Assembly: GCA_027315225.1 (NCBI GenBank)
Contig: DAHUYJ010000002.1
Coordinates: 23,889-87,888 of the forward strand
From: Candidatus Saccharimonadota bacterium
GTDB taxonomy: Bacteria; Patescibacteriota; Saccharimonadia; Saccharimonadales; UBA4665
Length of the DNA: 64,000 nt
Direction: 5' to 3'
Notes under the pieces: model-generated
The model's input: only the letters and a program-made list of their open reading frames with translations
Databases searched by the model: none
What the model was told of the DNA's origin: nothing
Shown: positions 17,400 to 27,241 of the stretch, piece after piece
Layout: each line of letters starts with the position of its first letter
Numbering within the stretch: position 1 is the first letter of the stretch
Position numbers and translations under genes: made by a program

Positions 17400-17921
17400 A
17401 TGCTACAGTTAAGCGGTCGTCTGCTCAATAATAAATCCGTCCTGTCGCTGCGTACCGGCACGCCTATTGCAACAATTACCAGCCCTATCATTAACCCTGA
17501 CAACTTGAAGATCGAGGGTTTTTACTGCCAGGACCGCTTTGATAAAAAGCAGCTGGTTCTCCTTTACCAGGATATCCGCGACGTCTTACCGCAAGGATAC
17601 GTCGTTAATGACCATGAGGTGCTTGTTGAGCCCGACGAGCTGGTTCGTCTGCAAGATGTTATGAAGCTGGACTTCGAGCTATTGGGCAAGCAAGTGGTGA
17701 CCGTCAATAAAGAAAAAGTCGGCAAAGTCAGCGATTATGCCGCGGAAACCGGCACTATGTACATTCAGAAACTATACGTTTCGCGCTCCATTATTAAGGA
17801 CTTGGCCGGCGGAGCACTAAGCATCGACCGTAGCCAAATCCAGGAGGTCACGCCGCGTCGCATTATTATCAGCGAACTCGCCAAAAAAGCACCGGCCGCC
17901 GCACCAGCGGTTGCCGCTTAG
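17400..17921 (+). CDS. PRC-barrel-like domain protein (tandem)
   Basis: Two repeats of a YlmC/YmxH-like pattern (KSVLSLRTGTPIATI...; KQVVTVNKEKVGKVSDY...). Weak pattern-level call. Confidence 0.42.
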   Translation: MLQLSGRLLNNKSVLSLRTGTPIATITSPIINPDNLKIEGFYCQDRFDKKQLVLLYQDIRDVLPQGYVVNDHEVLVEPDELVRLQDVMKLDFELLGKQVVTVNKEKVGKVSDYAAETGTMYIQKLYVSRSIIKDLAGGALSIDRSQIQEVTPRRIIISELAKKAPAAAPAVAA

Positions 17922-18529
17922 TCAAGCCCGCCCTCTTCGCCGAGAACGGCTTTTATATCTCCGTAGTTGAACCCCTGCCGAGCCAGATACTGCATGAGCT
18001 TGTCGATATCGTGGTATTTGCTTTGCCGGCGTTTCCGCGTAATGACCTCCCTAAGGACGGCTTGTTCGTCCCTAGAGTCGTTCCCTACCGCTTCCTGGAT
18101 AGTCTCATCGTCGAGGTGTTTTTTACGCAACTCATTGATTAGTTTGCGCCGTGAGGCAGGGCGGAGCAGGCGGCGGTCGTGTACGAAAGCCTCGGCAAAT
18201 TTTCTGTCATCAACCAGTCCGATTTTACTTAACTTGTTAAGTATTGATTCGGCGAGGGAAGGGGAGGCCTGCTTTCTGCTTAGGTAAAATTCAACTTCCC
18301 ACTTGGACCTGGGGCGCAGGGCAGCGTAGCGAAGCGTTTGTTGGTTCAGCTTGTCGTCCGCTGATACTTGCTTGAATTCCCTTAACTGCCCCTCTGTCAG
18401 ATCCTGTCTGGAGGACAGTTTGCTTTCCAGCAATGCGCTCTCGCTCAGAGAAAACGCGTACTTTCCGTCTACGAAGATCGAGTAGCGGTCAGATCGTTTG
18501 GCCTGCTGCTTAATTGTCGTGATCTTCAT
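17918..18529 (-). CDS. recX: RecA regulator RecX
   Basis: RYSIFVDGKYAFSL start, three-helix-repeat architecture, immediately downstream of recA. Confidence 0.8.
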   Translation of the reverse strand: MKITTIKQQAKRSDRYSIFVDGKYAFSLSESALLESKLSSRQDLTEGQLREFKQVSADDKLNQQTLRYAALRPRSKWEVEFYLSRKQASPSLAESILNKLSKIGLVDDRKFAEAFVHDRRLLRPASRRKLINELRKKHLDDETIQEAVGNDSRDEQAVLREVITRKRRQSKYHDIDKLMQYLARQGFNYGDIKAVLGEEGGLD

Positions 18530-18549
18530 TGCCGGTAACCGCTCGGCCT

Positions 18550-19611
18550 TTACTCCTTGGTGGTTTGGGTAACCTTGGCAGCTAGTTCGGTCATGAGTTT
18601 GGGATTCTTCTGCACATGCTGCTTGGCGGCTTCGCGGCCCTGGCCGATCTTTTCGCCCTCGTAGGCATACCAGGCGCCGGCCTTCTCAACAATGCCTGCA
18701 GCTGCGGCCAAGTCCAAGATGTCCCCCGAAGCACTGATACCTTCGTTATACATAATGTCAAACTCAGCCTGCCTAAACGGCGGCGCAACCTTGTTCTTGA
18801 CGACCTTAACCCTGGTTCGGTTGCCTATAATCTCTTCGCCCTGTTTGATCTGGCCGATGCGCCGGATATCCATACGGACTGACGAGTAAAACTTGAGCGC
18901 GTTGCCGCCTGTGGTGGTCTCTGGGTTGCCGAACATAACGCCGATCTTCATGCGTATCTGGTTGATGAAGATAACGGTAGCTTTGCTGCGGCTGATGACA
19001 CCGGTCAGCTTGCGTAGGGCCTGGCTCATCAGCCGGGCCTGCAGGCCGGGCAAGCTATCGCCCATATCCCCTTCTATCTCAGCCCGCGGTACCAGGGCCG
19101 CGACTGAGTCAACCACGATCAGGTCCACGGCATTGGACCGCACCAGCGTCTCGGTAATCTCAAGAGCCTGTTCACCGTTATCGGGTTGGCTTAAGAGCAG
19201 GTTCTCGACATCGACGCCAATCCGCTTTGCGTAGGCCGGATCGAGAGCATGCTCGGCATCAATGAATGCCGCCGTTCCGCCGGCCCGTTGCACTCCGGCT
19301 ATAGCATGGAGGCTTAGGGTAGTCTTTCCGGAGCTTTCCGGACCATATATCTCTATGACGCGGCCCCTCGGGATACCGCCGCCAAGTGCTATATCCAGGC
19401 TCAGCGCGCCAGTCGGTATGGTCTCTACAGCTACCGTGTGGTTCTCGCCGAGTTTCATGATCGAACCCTTGCCGAATTGTTTTTCGATCGTCTCCAGGGC
19501 AAGTCCGAGCGCCTTAGCCTTGCCGGCACCGGCATTATCAGCCGTATCGTCCGCCGTCTTAGTTGCTTTATTAGCTGTCTTAGTAGATTTTGCCGCTTTG
19601 GCTTCTGCCAT
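18550..19611 (-). CDS. recA: Recombinase RecA with approximately 24-aa K/A/T-rich N-terminal extension
   Basis: FGKGSIM, Walker [11 protein letters not shown]1/L2 regions, strong SD AGGAGGG. Confidence 0.97.
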   Translation of the reverse strand: MAEAKAAKSTKTANKATKTADDTADNAGAGKAKALGLALETIEKQFGKGSIMKLGENHTVAVETIPTGALSLDIALGGGIPRGRVIEIYGPESSGKTTLSLHAIAGVQRAGGTAAFIDAEHALDPAYAKRIGVDVENLLLSQPDNGEQALEITETLVRSNAVDLIVVDSVAALVPRAEIEGDMGDSLPGLQARLMSQALRKLTGVISRSKATVIFINQIRMKIGVMFGNPETTTGGNALKFYSSVRMDIRRIGQIKQGEEIIGNRTRVKVVKNKVAPPFRQAEFDIMYNEGISASGDILDLAAAAGIVEKAGAWYAYEGEKIGQGREAAKQHVQKNPKLMTELAAKVTQTTKE

Positions 19612-19825
19612 TGTTACCCTCCTGAGGTCACTGTCCGTACTTAATTACTATTCTAGCACTATAGGCGGATTGATGATGTAATGAAAACTGCTACAGCTTA
19701 GTTTGTGTTTGAATTTAACTTTTAGTTAAGGTTTGCTACTGCTGTAACCGCTTCTGCTTTTGGGCCCGGCTTGCTAAAATGGGGCCAGGATGGGTGAACT
19801 TTCGTAATACAAAAAGAATGTAGCT

Positions 19826-21640
19826 ATGCGCATACCTGACTCACTGGTTGAAAAATTGTTGGACAAAGGTGGTTCGTTCAGTAAAGAGCAGCTTGCCAGC
19901 TTGCGTGAACAGGAAATCAGCGAAAAAAAACCGCTGCAGGACCTGGTTATAAGAAACAATTTGCTCAGCGAAAAAGACCTGACCAAGTTGTATGCCGATG
20001 AAGTCGAGGTGCCCTTCGTCGAACTGAACGCCCGCGAAATCAAGCATGACGTCCTAAAGCAACTGCCGGAACGTATTGCCCGCCAATATAACGCGGTAGT
20101 CTTCGATGTTGACGATGCGGGTATAAGATACGTGGCAATGGAGGATCCTGATGATATCCAGGCGCTCAACTTCCTGCATAAGCAGCTCGGCAGCGACCTC
20201 AAGGTCCATATAACCACCAGCAGCCTGTTGCAGGCCGCACTTGACCAGTACAGGGGCAATATCAGCAGTGAGCTTACCAAGGTTATCGCTGACGATGAGG
20301 CCGAAGCCAAAGAGAATGAGGAAATCGACGAGACGGACCTGGCAGAGGATTCGCCGATTGCCCAGACCGTCAACATACTTATCGAGTACGGCGTCAAAGC
20401 CGGCGCCAGCGACATCCATATTGAACCGCGGGAAAACGACGTAGTGGTGCGGTACCGGATAGACGGCATGCTCAGGGAGACCAATAAACTACCCCGCAAA
20501 TTACTAGGGGCGCTCACCAGCCGTATCAAGATTCTCAGCAATATGAAGATTGACGAGCACCGTGCACCGCAGGATGGCCGTTTCAAAGTCGAAGTCAACG
20601 GCCAGGTCTACGCGCTGCGTGTTTCGACACTGCCGATTATTGACGGCGAAAAGGTAGCTATGAGGATCCTTAACGAATCGAGCAAGCCGTCCGATTTTGC
20701 GGAGCTGGGATTCTGGGGAACGGCCCTGAGCGACCTGCAACACGCCATCGTGCAGCCGCACGGCATGGTGCTACTGACCGGCCCGACTGGTTCCGGCAAG
20801 TCAACCACGCTGTTCAGCGTGCTCAGTGCTCTCAATACGCCGAACGTAAACATTTCTACGGTGGAAGACCCGGTGGAATATCATATTATCGGCGCTAACC
20901 AAACGCAGGTTAACTCGGTAGCCGGCATGACGTTCGCCAACGGCCTTCGGGCACTGCTCAGGCAGGATCCCAACATTATCATGGTCGGCGAAATCCGGGA
21001 CGTAGAAACCGCCGACCTGGCCGTACAAGCCGCATTGACCGGCCACCTGGTTTTCAGTACGCTGCACACCAATAATGCCGCGACCTGCCTGCCCCGCTTA
21101 CTGGAGATGGGCGTGGAGCCGTTCCTGATTGCCAGCACGGTCCACGTAGTTATTGCGCAACGTCTGGTGCGGCGGCTATGTATCGATTGCCGGGAAGTGT
21201 TTGCGCCCGATTCTACGATACTAAAGCAGCTCAGCAAGTCTTTCCGGCTTGATGAAAACGGCGGCATAAAACATATGCACGAGCTTGAGGTAAAGGCCCT
21301 GAGCGACGGCATTGGCAAGTCGAGCGGAAACAAAAAGGACACAGAAACCGACCAGCCAAGCACCACCGCGAGTACTATTACCCGCCTCTGGAAAGCCCAC
21401 GAAGAAGGCTGTGACAGCTGCAACCACACCGGGTACAAGGGCCGGATCGGTATTTATGAGGTGCTGAATAATACCGGTTCTATTCAGAAAATGATTGTCA
21501 GCAACAACACTTCCGAAGCGATTGAAGATGCTGCCATAAGCGAGGAGCATATGTTGACTATGCAGCTTGACGGCTTTATAAAGGCACTGCGCGGACAAAC
21601 CACTATCGAAGAAGTGCTACGGGTCACCGAGCAGGAGTAG
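19826..21640 (+). CDS. pilB: Type IV pilus assembly ATPase PilB (GspE family)
   Basis: T2SSE N-domain, Walker A GPTGSGKST, Asp/His boxes, tetracysteine CIDC...CDSC. Confidence 0.92.
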   Translation: MRIPDSLVEKLLDKGGSFSKEQLASLREQEISEKKPLQDLVIRNNLLSEKDLTKLYADEVEVPFVELNAREIKHDVLKQLPERIARQYNAVVFDVDDAGIRYVAMEDPDDIQALNFLHKQLGSDLKVHITTSSLLQAALDQYRGNISSELTKVIADDEAEAKENEEIDETDLAEDSPIAQTVNILIEYGVKAGASDIHIEPRENDVVVRYRIDGMLRETNKLPRKLLGALTSRIKILSNMKIDEHRAPQDGRFKVEVNGQVYALRVSTLPIIDGEKVAMRILNESSKPSDFAELGFWGTALSDLQHAIVQPHGMVLLTGPTGSGKSTTLFSVLSALNTPNVNISTVEDPVEYHIIGANQTQVNSVAGMTFANGLRALLRQDPNIIMVGEIRDVETADLAVQAALTGHLVFSTLHTNNAATCLPRLLEMGVEPFLIASTVHVVIAQRLVRRLCIDCREVFAPDSTILKQLSKSFRLDENGGIKHMHELEVKALSDGIGKSSGNKKDTETDQPSTTASTITRLWKAHEEGCDSCNHTGYKGRIGIYEVLNNTGSIQKMIVSNNTSEAIEDAAISEEHMLTMQLDGFIKALRGQTTIEEVLRVTEQE

Positions 21641-21649
21641 TTACCTAAG

Positions 21650-22897
21650 ATGCAATACACCTATAAAGCACTCAACCCCGAAGGCAGGACCGTAACCGGC
21701 AGTGCCGAAGCGGCGAATAAACAAACGTTGCTGGCCCTGCTTCGCCGGCAGAACCTCCGTCCCGTCCTCGTAGAAGTAGATAAAGGCCGGCGGCGGTCGT
21801 TAAATAACATTTTCGGCCCCAGCAAGAGGGTGAAGTTGGGCGATCTAGTCATATTTACCCGGCAGCTTTCGACTATGATATCGGCCGGTGTTCCCTTGGC
21901 GCGTTCGTTATCGGCACTGCAAGGCGACTCTGAGAACCCGTATATGCGCGAGGTGCTGGGCGGGGTTACCAAGGAAGTCGAAAGCGGTTTGCCGCTAGGT
22001 GATGCTTTTGCTAAATACCCTCATGTCTTTTCGGAGGTCTATGTCAACATGGTGCGGGCCGGCGAAGAAGGCGGTATTCTTGACGATATCCTCAAACGCT
22101 TAGCCACCCAGGTGGAGCAGGACGCCAGCATCCGCAAAAAGATCAAAAGTGCCATGATGTACCCGATTGTCATCCTCTGCATAACCATCGTGGCCTTCTT
22201 CGGTATCATGCTGGTTATCATGCCGAAGCTCGAGCAGGTGTTCGCTAACGTCGGCGGCCCGAACTATAAGCTGCCGATTTATACGGTAATCCTGCTGAAG
22301 GTAAGCCATTTCTTCTCGGATACCAGTGTGGTTCCGCATGTTGCCAACCTGTTCCTTATAGCTATAGTCGTCGTGATTGCTGCGGTTTTTGCAGTGCGCT
22401 ATATTCATACGCCGGCCGGTAAGTATAGGTTCCATGCCTTGCTCCTTAAGATACCCATCGTGAAAATCGTGGTGCTCAAAGTCGCTATCGCGCGGTTTTC
22501 CAGGACTTTTGCCTCGCTTATGGTATCAGGGGTAAGCGTGCTCGACGCGTTGGACGTTACCGGCGCGGCGCTTGGGAATAAAGTAATAGAAGCCGAGTTA
22601 AAAGCCGCCGCCAAAGAGGTCAGGAACGGCAAACAATTAAGTGAGCCCCTCAGTCAGAGCGAACACTTTCCGCCTATAGTGGCACAAATGCTTATGGTGG
22701 GCGAGGAAACCGGGCAGATAGACACCGTCCTGGTCAAAATAGCTGACTTTTACGAAGAAGAGGTGACTGTGCTTATTGACGGGTTGGCCGCCATAATCGA
22801 GCCTGTTATGATAGTTTTTCTGGGAGCCGGTGTTGGTCTCATAGCGGCAAGCGTTATGGGTCCGATAGCTAATCTGTCCAAGAGTATCGGCAGCTAA
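21650..22897 (+). CDS. pilC: Type IV pilus platform protein PilC (GspF family)
   Basis: Duplicated T2SSF domain, 3 TM segments, immediately after pilB. Confidence 0.9.
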   Translation: MQYTYKALNPEGRTVTGSAEAANKQTLLALLRRQNLRPVLVEVDKGRRRSLNNIFGPSKRVKLGDLVIFTRQLSTMISAGVPLARSLSALQGDSENPYMREVLGGVTKEVESGLPLGDAFAKYPHVFSEVYVNMVRAGEEGGILDDILKRLATQVEQDASIRKKIKSAMMYPIVILCITIVAFFGIMLVIMPKLEQVFANVGGPNYKLPIYTVILLKVSHFFSDTSVVPHVANLFLIAIVVVIAAVFAVRYIHTPAGKYRFHALLLKIPIVKIVVLKVAIARFSRTFASLMVSGVSVLDALDVTGAALGNKVIEAELKAAAKEVRNGKQLSEPLSQSEHFPPIVAQMLMVGEETGQIDTVLVKIADFYEEEVTVLIDGLAAIIEPVMIVFLGAGVGLIAASVMGPIANLSKSIGS

Positions 22898-22921
22898 AAC
22901 GGCGTTTTTTCCACAAATATG

Positions 22922-22949
22922 TTGACTAGGATACGCTTATGGTTATAAT
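22922..22949 (+). promoter_or_regulatory. Sigma70-type promoter of the major pilin gene
   Basis: TTGACT (22922-22927), 16-nt spacer, TATAAT (22944-22949). Leader of about 85 nt ends in AGGAGG. Confidence 0.6.
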
Positions 22950-23038
22950 CATAGCCAGATAGTTGAATGCGAGTGTCTGCACTTGCGTCCAAAGATCATA
23001 CATAAAACAGTAATAAATAATCAGGAGGGTGGGACCCA

Positions 23039-23512
23039 ATGATCTCCCTTAAAAAACGTAACCGCGGTTTCACGATCGTTGAGCTTTTGATCGTTATCGT
23101 TGTCATAGGTATTTTGGCATTAATTGTTATTACCACTTATAGCGGCATACAGGCAAAAGCCCGTAATGCCAAGCGCCAGACCGACATGAAGTCAGTACAG
23201 ACACAGCTGGAAGCGTTCTTCAGCCAGAACGGCTACTACCCAAGTTTGACTGACATGAACAGCAGCACCTGGCTGGCTGCCAACATGAAGAGCCTGGACA
23301 CCAACGCTCTTATTGACCCTTCAAACACCAGTAACAGTTCGCAACTAGCATCAACTCCGACAGCTAAACAGTACTCATACCAGCCAACGCAATCTGATGG
23401 TACTACCAGCTGCGAGACAAACGACACTACCTGTGCGCAGTACACATTGACCGCCGAGTATGAAGGTACGGTTAATGGCCAGAGCACGGATGTCCTGAAG
23501 AACCTGGATTAA
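23039..23512 (+). CDS. pilA: Major type IV pilin (prepilin with N-terminal methylation motif)
   Basis: KRNRG|FTIVELLIVIVVIGILA class III signal with Glu+5. Strong SD, own promoter and terminator. Confidence 0.85.
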   Translation: MISLKKRNRGFTIVELLIVIVVIGILALIVITTYSGIQAKARNAKRQTDMKSVQTQLEAFFSQNGYYPSLTDMNSSTWLAANMKSLDTNALIDPSNTSNSSQLASTPTAKQYSYQPTQSDGTTSCETNDTTCAQYTLTAEYEGTVNGQSTDVLKNLD

Positions 23513-23533
23513 CCCCAAAACAGGTTACCTGCT

Positions 23534-23559
23534 AAAACCCCGGGACTACCCGGGGTTTT
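23534..23559 (+). terminator. Rho-independent terminator after pilA
   Basis: AAAACCCCGGG-acta-CCCGGGGTTTT perfect hairpin with a U-run. Confidence 0.7.
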
Positions 23560-23602
23560 AGGTTATGGCTAGACGACCAGAGGTTATATAATAAGCATAA
23601 GC

Positions 23603-24049
23603 ATGGATACAAAAATTCGCTCCCTGCTTCGGGTTACTCATAAGCAACGGGCAACATCTGCCGGCCGCAATGAATCTGGTCTAACGCTTGTGGAGCTGTT
23701 GGTTGCTATAGCCGTAGCAGGTATCGTCATTAGTTCATTAAGTCAGGTTGTAACTACCTACCTGCACTTAAGCCAACGCGGCAGGTACTTAAACTTGGCA
23801 AATTCATATGCAGAGGCTAAGGTTGAGACGCTGCGCAACGAAGGCTATAACAGTTTATCGACAGGAACAACCAATCTCTCAAGTGAACTCCCCTCCCAGT
23901 TGCCGCTGCAGCGCAGTGCTTCTATGACTGTCAGCAGTCCCTTGACAGGCCTAAAACAAGTATCCATAACCGTCTCGTACAACGACCAAGGGCAAACGGA
24001 ATCATACCAATATGTGACTTACATAGGAGAACTCGGTGTCGGACAATAG
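23603..24049 (+). CDS. Minor pilin (prepilin-type N-terminal cleavage/methylation domain)
   Basis: NESG|LTLVELLVAIAVAGIV with Glu+5. Confidence 0.7.
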   Translation: MDTKIRSLLRVTHKQRATSAGRNESGLTLVELLVAIAVAGIVISSLSQVVTTYLHLSQRGRYLNLANSYAEAKVETLRNEGYNSLSTGTTNLSSELPSQLPLQRSASMTVSSPLTGLKQVSITVSYNDQGQTESYQYVTYIGELGVGQ

Positions 24050-24716
24050 GTTACCTTGCAAACGACAAGCCGGCTTCACGCTGGTGGAGATGACAGTCGT
24101 CGTGACAGTGCTAGCGATCATCGGTGTCACGTTCTTAGGTATTATAGTCAATTACTTCGTAGTCATTGTACGAAACAATGAGTTAACGTCAATGACCGTT
24201 AACTCGCAAAACCTGCTTCGCAGTACCGTTGAAAACATACGTTTCGGTGACGGTGTGGAACAAACCAACCAGGTATACGACCCGAACGCGCCAGCCGGTG
24301 GCTGGAGTACCAGCGACAGCAACTTCGTCATAATAATTGCAGTCCCTGCCGAGACATCATCGCACGCCTACATTATCGACCCCAGTACCGGCAGCCCCTA
24401 TATGAATGAACTGGTGTACTACAAGGACGGGGAGACCCTAATGGAGCGCAAACTAGCCAATCCCGATGCTACTGGAGACACTATGGTCACTACGTGTCCG
24501 CCGAGCCTGGAGAGTTCCAGTTGCCCGTCTGATACCCAACTCGCTAACTATGTTAACTCCATGCTTTTTACGCTTTATGACCAGGACGCTGCTGTAACCA
24601 CCAATCCGGCCTTGGCGCGTTCGATAGGAATAACCCTTAACATGCAGCGCAATGCGCCCGGTGAGCCGTTAAACCTCACTACGACTACTCGCGTGACACT
24701 AAGGAACAGGTTCTAA
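24036..24716 (+). CDS. Minor pilin (PilW-like)
   Basis: RQAG|FTLVEMTVVVTVLAIIG. GTG start overlaps the previous stop. Confidence 0.68.
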   Translation: MSDNRLPCKRQAGFTLVEMTVVVTVLAIIGVTFLGIIVNYFVVIVRNNELTSMTVNSQNLLRSTVENIRFGDGVEQTNQVYDPNAPAGGWSTSDSNFVIIIAVPAETSSHAYIIDPSTGSPYMNELVYYKDGETLMERKLANPDATGDTMVTTCPPSLESSSCPSDTQLANYVNSMLFTLYDQDAAVTTNPALARSIGITLNMQRNAPGEPLNLTTTTRVTLRNRF

Positions 24717-24717
24717 C

Positions 24718-26091
24718 ATGAAAAGGATCCTAAAGCTTGACCAACGTGACCAGCGCGGTTCAATCTTACTCGTTTTCCTGATCACTTTGCCCTTTCTGAT
24801 CCTATTGGCCATGCATTATATGTCGTTATCACTTACCAGCTTTCAGGTTGGACGGCTCGACCAGCTGCATACCGAGGCACAGTTGGCTGCCGATGCCGGA
24901 GCCGACTACTCAGTAGAACAGCTCAGCGAGAATAGCAGCTGGGCGGGTACCGGCAGCGAAGTGACACTCCTTAGCAATAGCCAAATGCGTACCGCGTTTT
25001 CGTCCAGCGTAAGCGGTGATTCGAGCTCCAAAACCATCGCCGTTGTAGGCAAGACCTATTGGCCTGCTTCGGCTACGACTCCATCGCGTACCGTCTCTAT
25101 TTACGTAAGCTTATACCCTGTAACCACCGGTAACTACAGCATCGTCACCGGAGCAGGCGGGCTGTATATGAGTAACAACTCTAAGATAGTCGGTGGCGAC
25201 GTGCTTATTAACGGAGAGATTCATATGTCTAATTCGGCGCAGATCGGCCTTAGCACCAATCCCGTTAATGTACAGGTGGCTGATGACGTCTGCCCCAACC
25301 CGCCAGACTCAACGTATCCGCAGGTGTGCGCCAGCGGCGAGAGCGGTCAACCTATAACGCTTACGAACTCTGCCCACATATACGGCAAGGTTACAGCAAC
25401 GAACCAGACTGACGGTAGCGGCATGAGCAACACAGGCCTGGTAGCGGGCGGCAGTACTGCCCCCCAGCCCCTACCCACATATGACCGTACAGCCCAGGAG
25501 AGCGCTGTAACCAACACCATGAGTGCCAGTTCTGCTTCCTGCTCTAACAATCAAACTGTCACCTGGCCAGCCAACACCAAGATAACCGGTAATGTTACGC
25601 TATCGAACGACTGCAAGGCAATCATACAGGGCGATATTTGGATTACAGGATCACTCAATGTGAGTAATAGCTCCAGCCTTGCAGTGGACGACTCCGTAGG
25701 ATCCACACGACCCAATATAATGGTGGACGGCGCTTCGGGAGTGAACTTGTCAAACGGTTCCCAGGTTGCGTCTAACTCCGATGGCACTGGCGCTGAGTTC
25801 TACACATTTTACAGCACTGCCAGTTGTTCGCCGGATTGTACCAGCGTCACCGGTACGGACCTGGCAAATTCCCGGGCGGTCAGCACCATCAACATCAGTA
25901 ATAATTCCTCTGCTCCAAACACCATCTTTTATGCGTATTGGACACAGGTGCAGTTATCAAATAGCGGCGCTATCGGAGCGGTTATCGGACAGACAGTGCG
26001 GCTTTCCAATGCAAGTGCCATAACGTTTGGAGCACCTGCTAACGGAACTAGCAGCACTACCTGGGTGATAAAGGGTTATCGAAGACAGTGA
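24718..26091 (+). CDS. Large pilus-associated protein with PilX_N-like N-terminus and beta-helix-like body
   Basis: QRGSILLVFLITLPFLILLA (no Glu+5) followed by S/T/N/G-rich repeats. Position inside the pil cluster. Confidence 0.45.
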   Translation: MKRILKLDQRDQRGSILLVFLITLPFLILLAMHYMSLSLTSFQVGRLDQLHTEAQLAADAGADYSVEQLSENSSWAGTGSEVTLLSNSQMRTAFSSSVSGDSSSKTIAVVGKTYWPASATTPSRTVSIYVSLYPVTTGNYSIVTGAGGLYMSNNSKIVGGDVLINGEIHMSNSAQIGLSTNPVNVQVADDVCPNPPDSTYPQVCASGESGQPITLTNSAHIYGKVTATNQTDGSGMSNTGLVAGGSTAPQPLPTYDRTAQESAVTNTMSASSASCSNNQTVTWPANTKITGNVTLSNDCKAIIQGDIWITGSLNVSNSSSLAVDDSVGSTRPNIMVDGASGVNLSNGSQVASNSDGTGAEFYTFYSTASCSPDCTSVTGTDLANSRAVSTINISNNSSAPNTIFYAYWTQVQLSNSGAIGAVIGQTVRLSNASAITFGAPANGTSSTTWVIKGYRRQ

Positions 26092-26146
26092 GGGTGTTCG
26101 GTCTGGTATACTTGAAGGAAGTCAAGAATAGTCCATTGGGTGGGCA

Positions 26147-27241
26147 ATGATGAAAAATACGAACGTACCAAAATTCTTTCACGATAAGCCGTTGTTTGGC
26201 CTGGACATCGGACACGGTTCGCTAAAGGTCATGCAGCTCGCCGAACTGCCCGATAAAATGCCCAAGGATTACCGTCCACGGGTTATCGGTTACGGCTTCG
26301 CCACTTTCGACAAAGTAGCGCAGGAAGACGGGGTGGTCGTACGGCCCGAGGCTATCGCGCAAGCGGCGCAGGCGTTATTCAAAGATAATTTGATAGGGGA
26401 CATCACGACCAAACGAGTGGCATTAGCGATTCCCGCTTACCGAACCTTCACGCGGTCAGTCAGTTTGCCTAAGTTACAAGGAAAGGAACTAAAAGAAGCC
26501 GTCCAGCTGGAGGCAGAACAGTACATACCGGTGCCCTTGGAAGAACTGTATCTGGACTATGACGTTGTCAAACAATCCCCTGAAGGTACTGAGCTGTTGC
26601 TGGTAGCCGTGCCGAAAGCAATCGTTGATTCTTACCTAGATCTGGCCAGGATTATGGGACTGGAGACCGTGTTAATTGAACCGACGCTAAGTTCATCAGG
26701 CCGGTTGTTCAAGGCCGATGCGCAGAGCGACGTGGCCAGTATTATCATTGACTTCGGCTCCCTGTCTTCGGATATAAGCATCTTCGACAAGCACATTCTG
26801 GTTACCGGCACGGTCCAGGGCGGCGGCGAGAGTTTCACGAACCTGATCAAAGACAAACTAGGGGTCAGCCTAAAAGAAGCCGGCCTTATTAAGACCCGCT
26901 ACGGTTTGAGCCTTAGCAAGAAGCAAGCCGTTATACGGGAGACCCTCGGTCCAACGCTGCAACAGATTATTAAAGAAATACAGCGTATGATCCGCTACTA
27001 CGAAGAACACTATGGTTCAGACCATCCTATTGGGCAAATCGTAGCGCTGGGGGGCGGCGCGAACATGCCAGGCCTGAGTGAATATCTGACAGAGGCCATG
27101 CGTTTAGCGGTTCGCCATAGTGACCCATGGGATTATCTTGACTGCAAAGACCTGCAGCCGCCCAGCCCGGCCGATAAGCCTATGTACGCTACCGCTGCCG
27201 GCCTTAGCCTGGCTCGGCCCGAGGAGGTTTTTCCCGTATGA
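26147..27241 (+). CDS. pilM: Type IV pilus assembly protein PilM (actin-like ATPase fold)
   Basis: GLDIGHGSLKVMQL phosphate-1 motif, about 360 aa. Followed by pilN with an ATGA overlap. Confidence 0.85.
   Translation: MMKNTNVPKFFHDKPLFGLDIGHGSLKVMQLAELPDKMPKDYRPRVIGYGFATFDKVAQEDGVVVRPEAIAQAAQALFKDNLIGDITTKRVALAIPAYRTFTRSVSLPKLQGKELKEAVQLEAEQYIPVPLEELYLDYDVVKQSPEGTELLLVAVPKAIVDSYLDLARIMGLETVLIEPTLSSSGRLFKADAQSDVASIIIDFGSLSSDISIFDKHILVTGTVQGGGESFTNLIKDKLGVSLKEAGLIKTRYGLSLSKKQAVIRETLGPTLQQIIKEIQRMIRYYEEHYGSDHPIGQIVALGGGANMPGLSEYLTEAMRLAVRHSDPWDYLDCKDLQPPSPADKPMYATAAGLSLARPEEVFPV

Noticed and set aside
19612-19825. Looked for an SOS/LexA (Cheo-type GAAC-N4-GTTC) box upstream of recA
   Set aside because: No such motif is present. 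Only a weak 4-bp-arm palindrome occurs around the putative -10 (CTATAGTGCTAGAATAG), which is not convincing.
19826-20050. Possible c-di-GMP-binding MshEN motif in the PilB N-terminus (PLQDLVIRNNLLSEKDLTKLYADE), which would link it to the GGDEF gene
   Set aside because: Only the hydrophobic spacing matches. The key R, G, G and Q positions of the RLGxxLLxxGLIxxxxLxxxLxxQ motif are absent.
19774-20598. 274-aa minus-strand ORF overlapping the pilB 5' half
   Set aside because: It is antisense to a full-length GspE-family ATPase. The sequence is S/L/R-rich and low-complexity with no motifs, so it is an artefact of codon bias.
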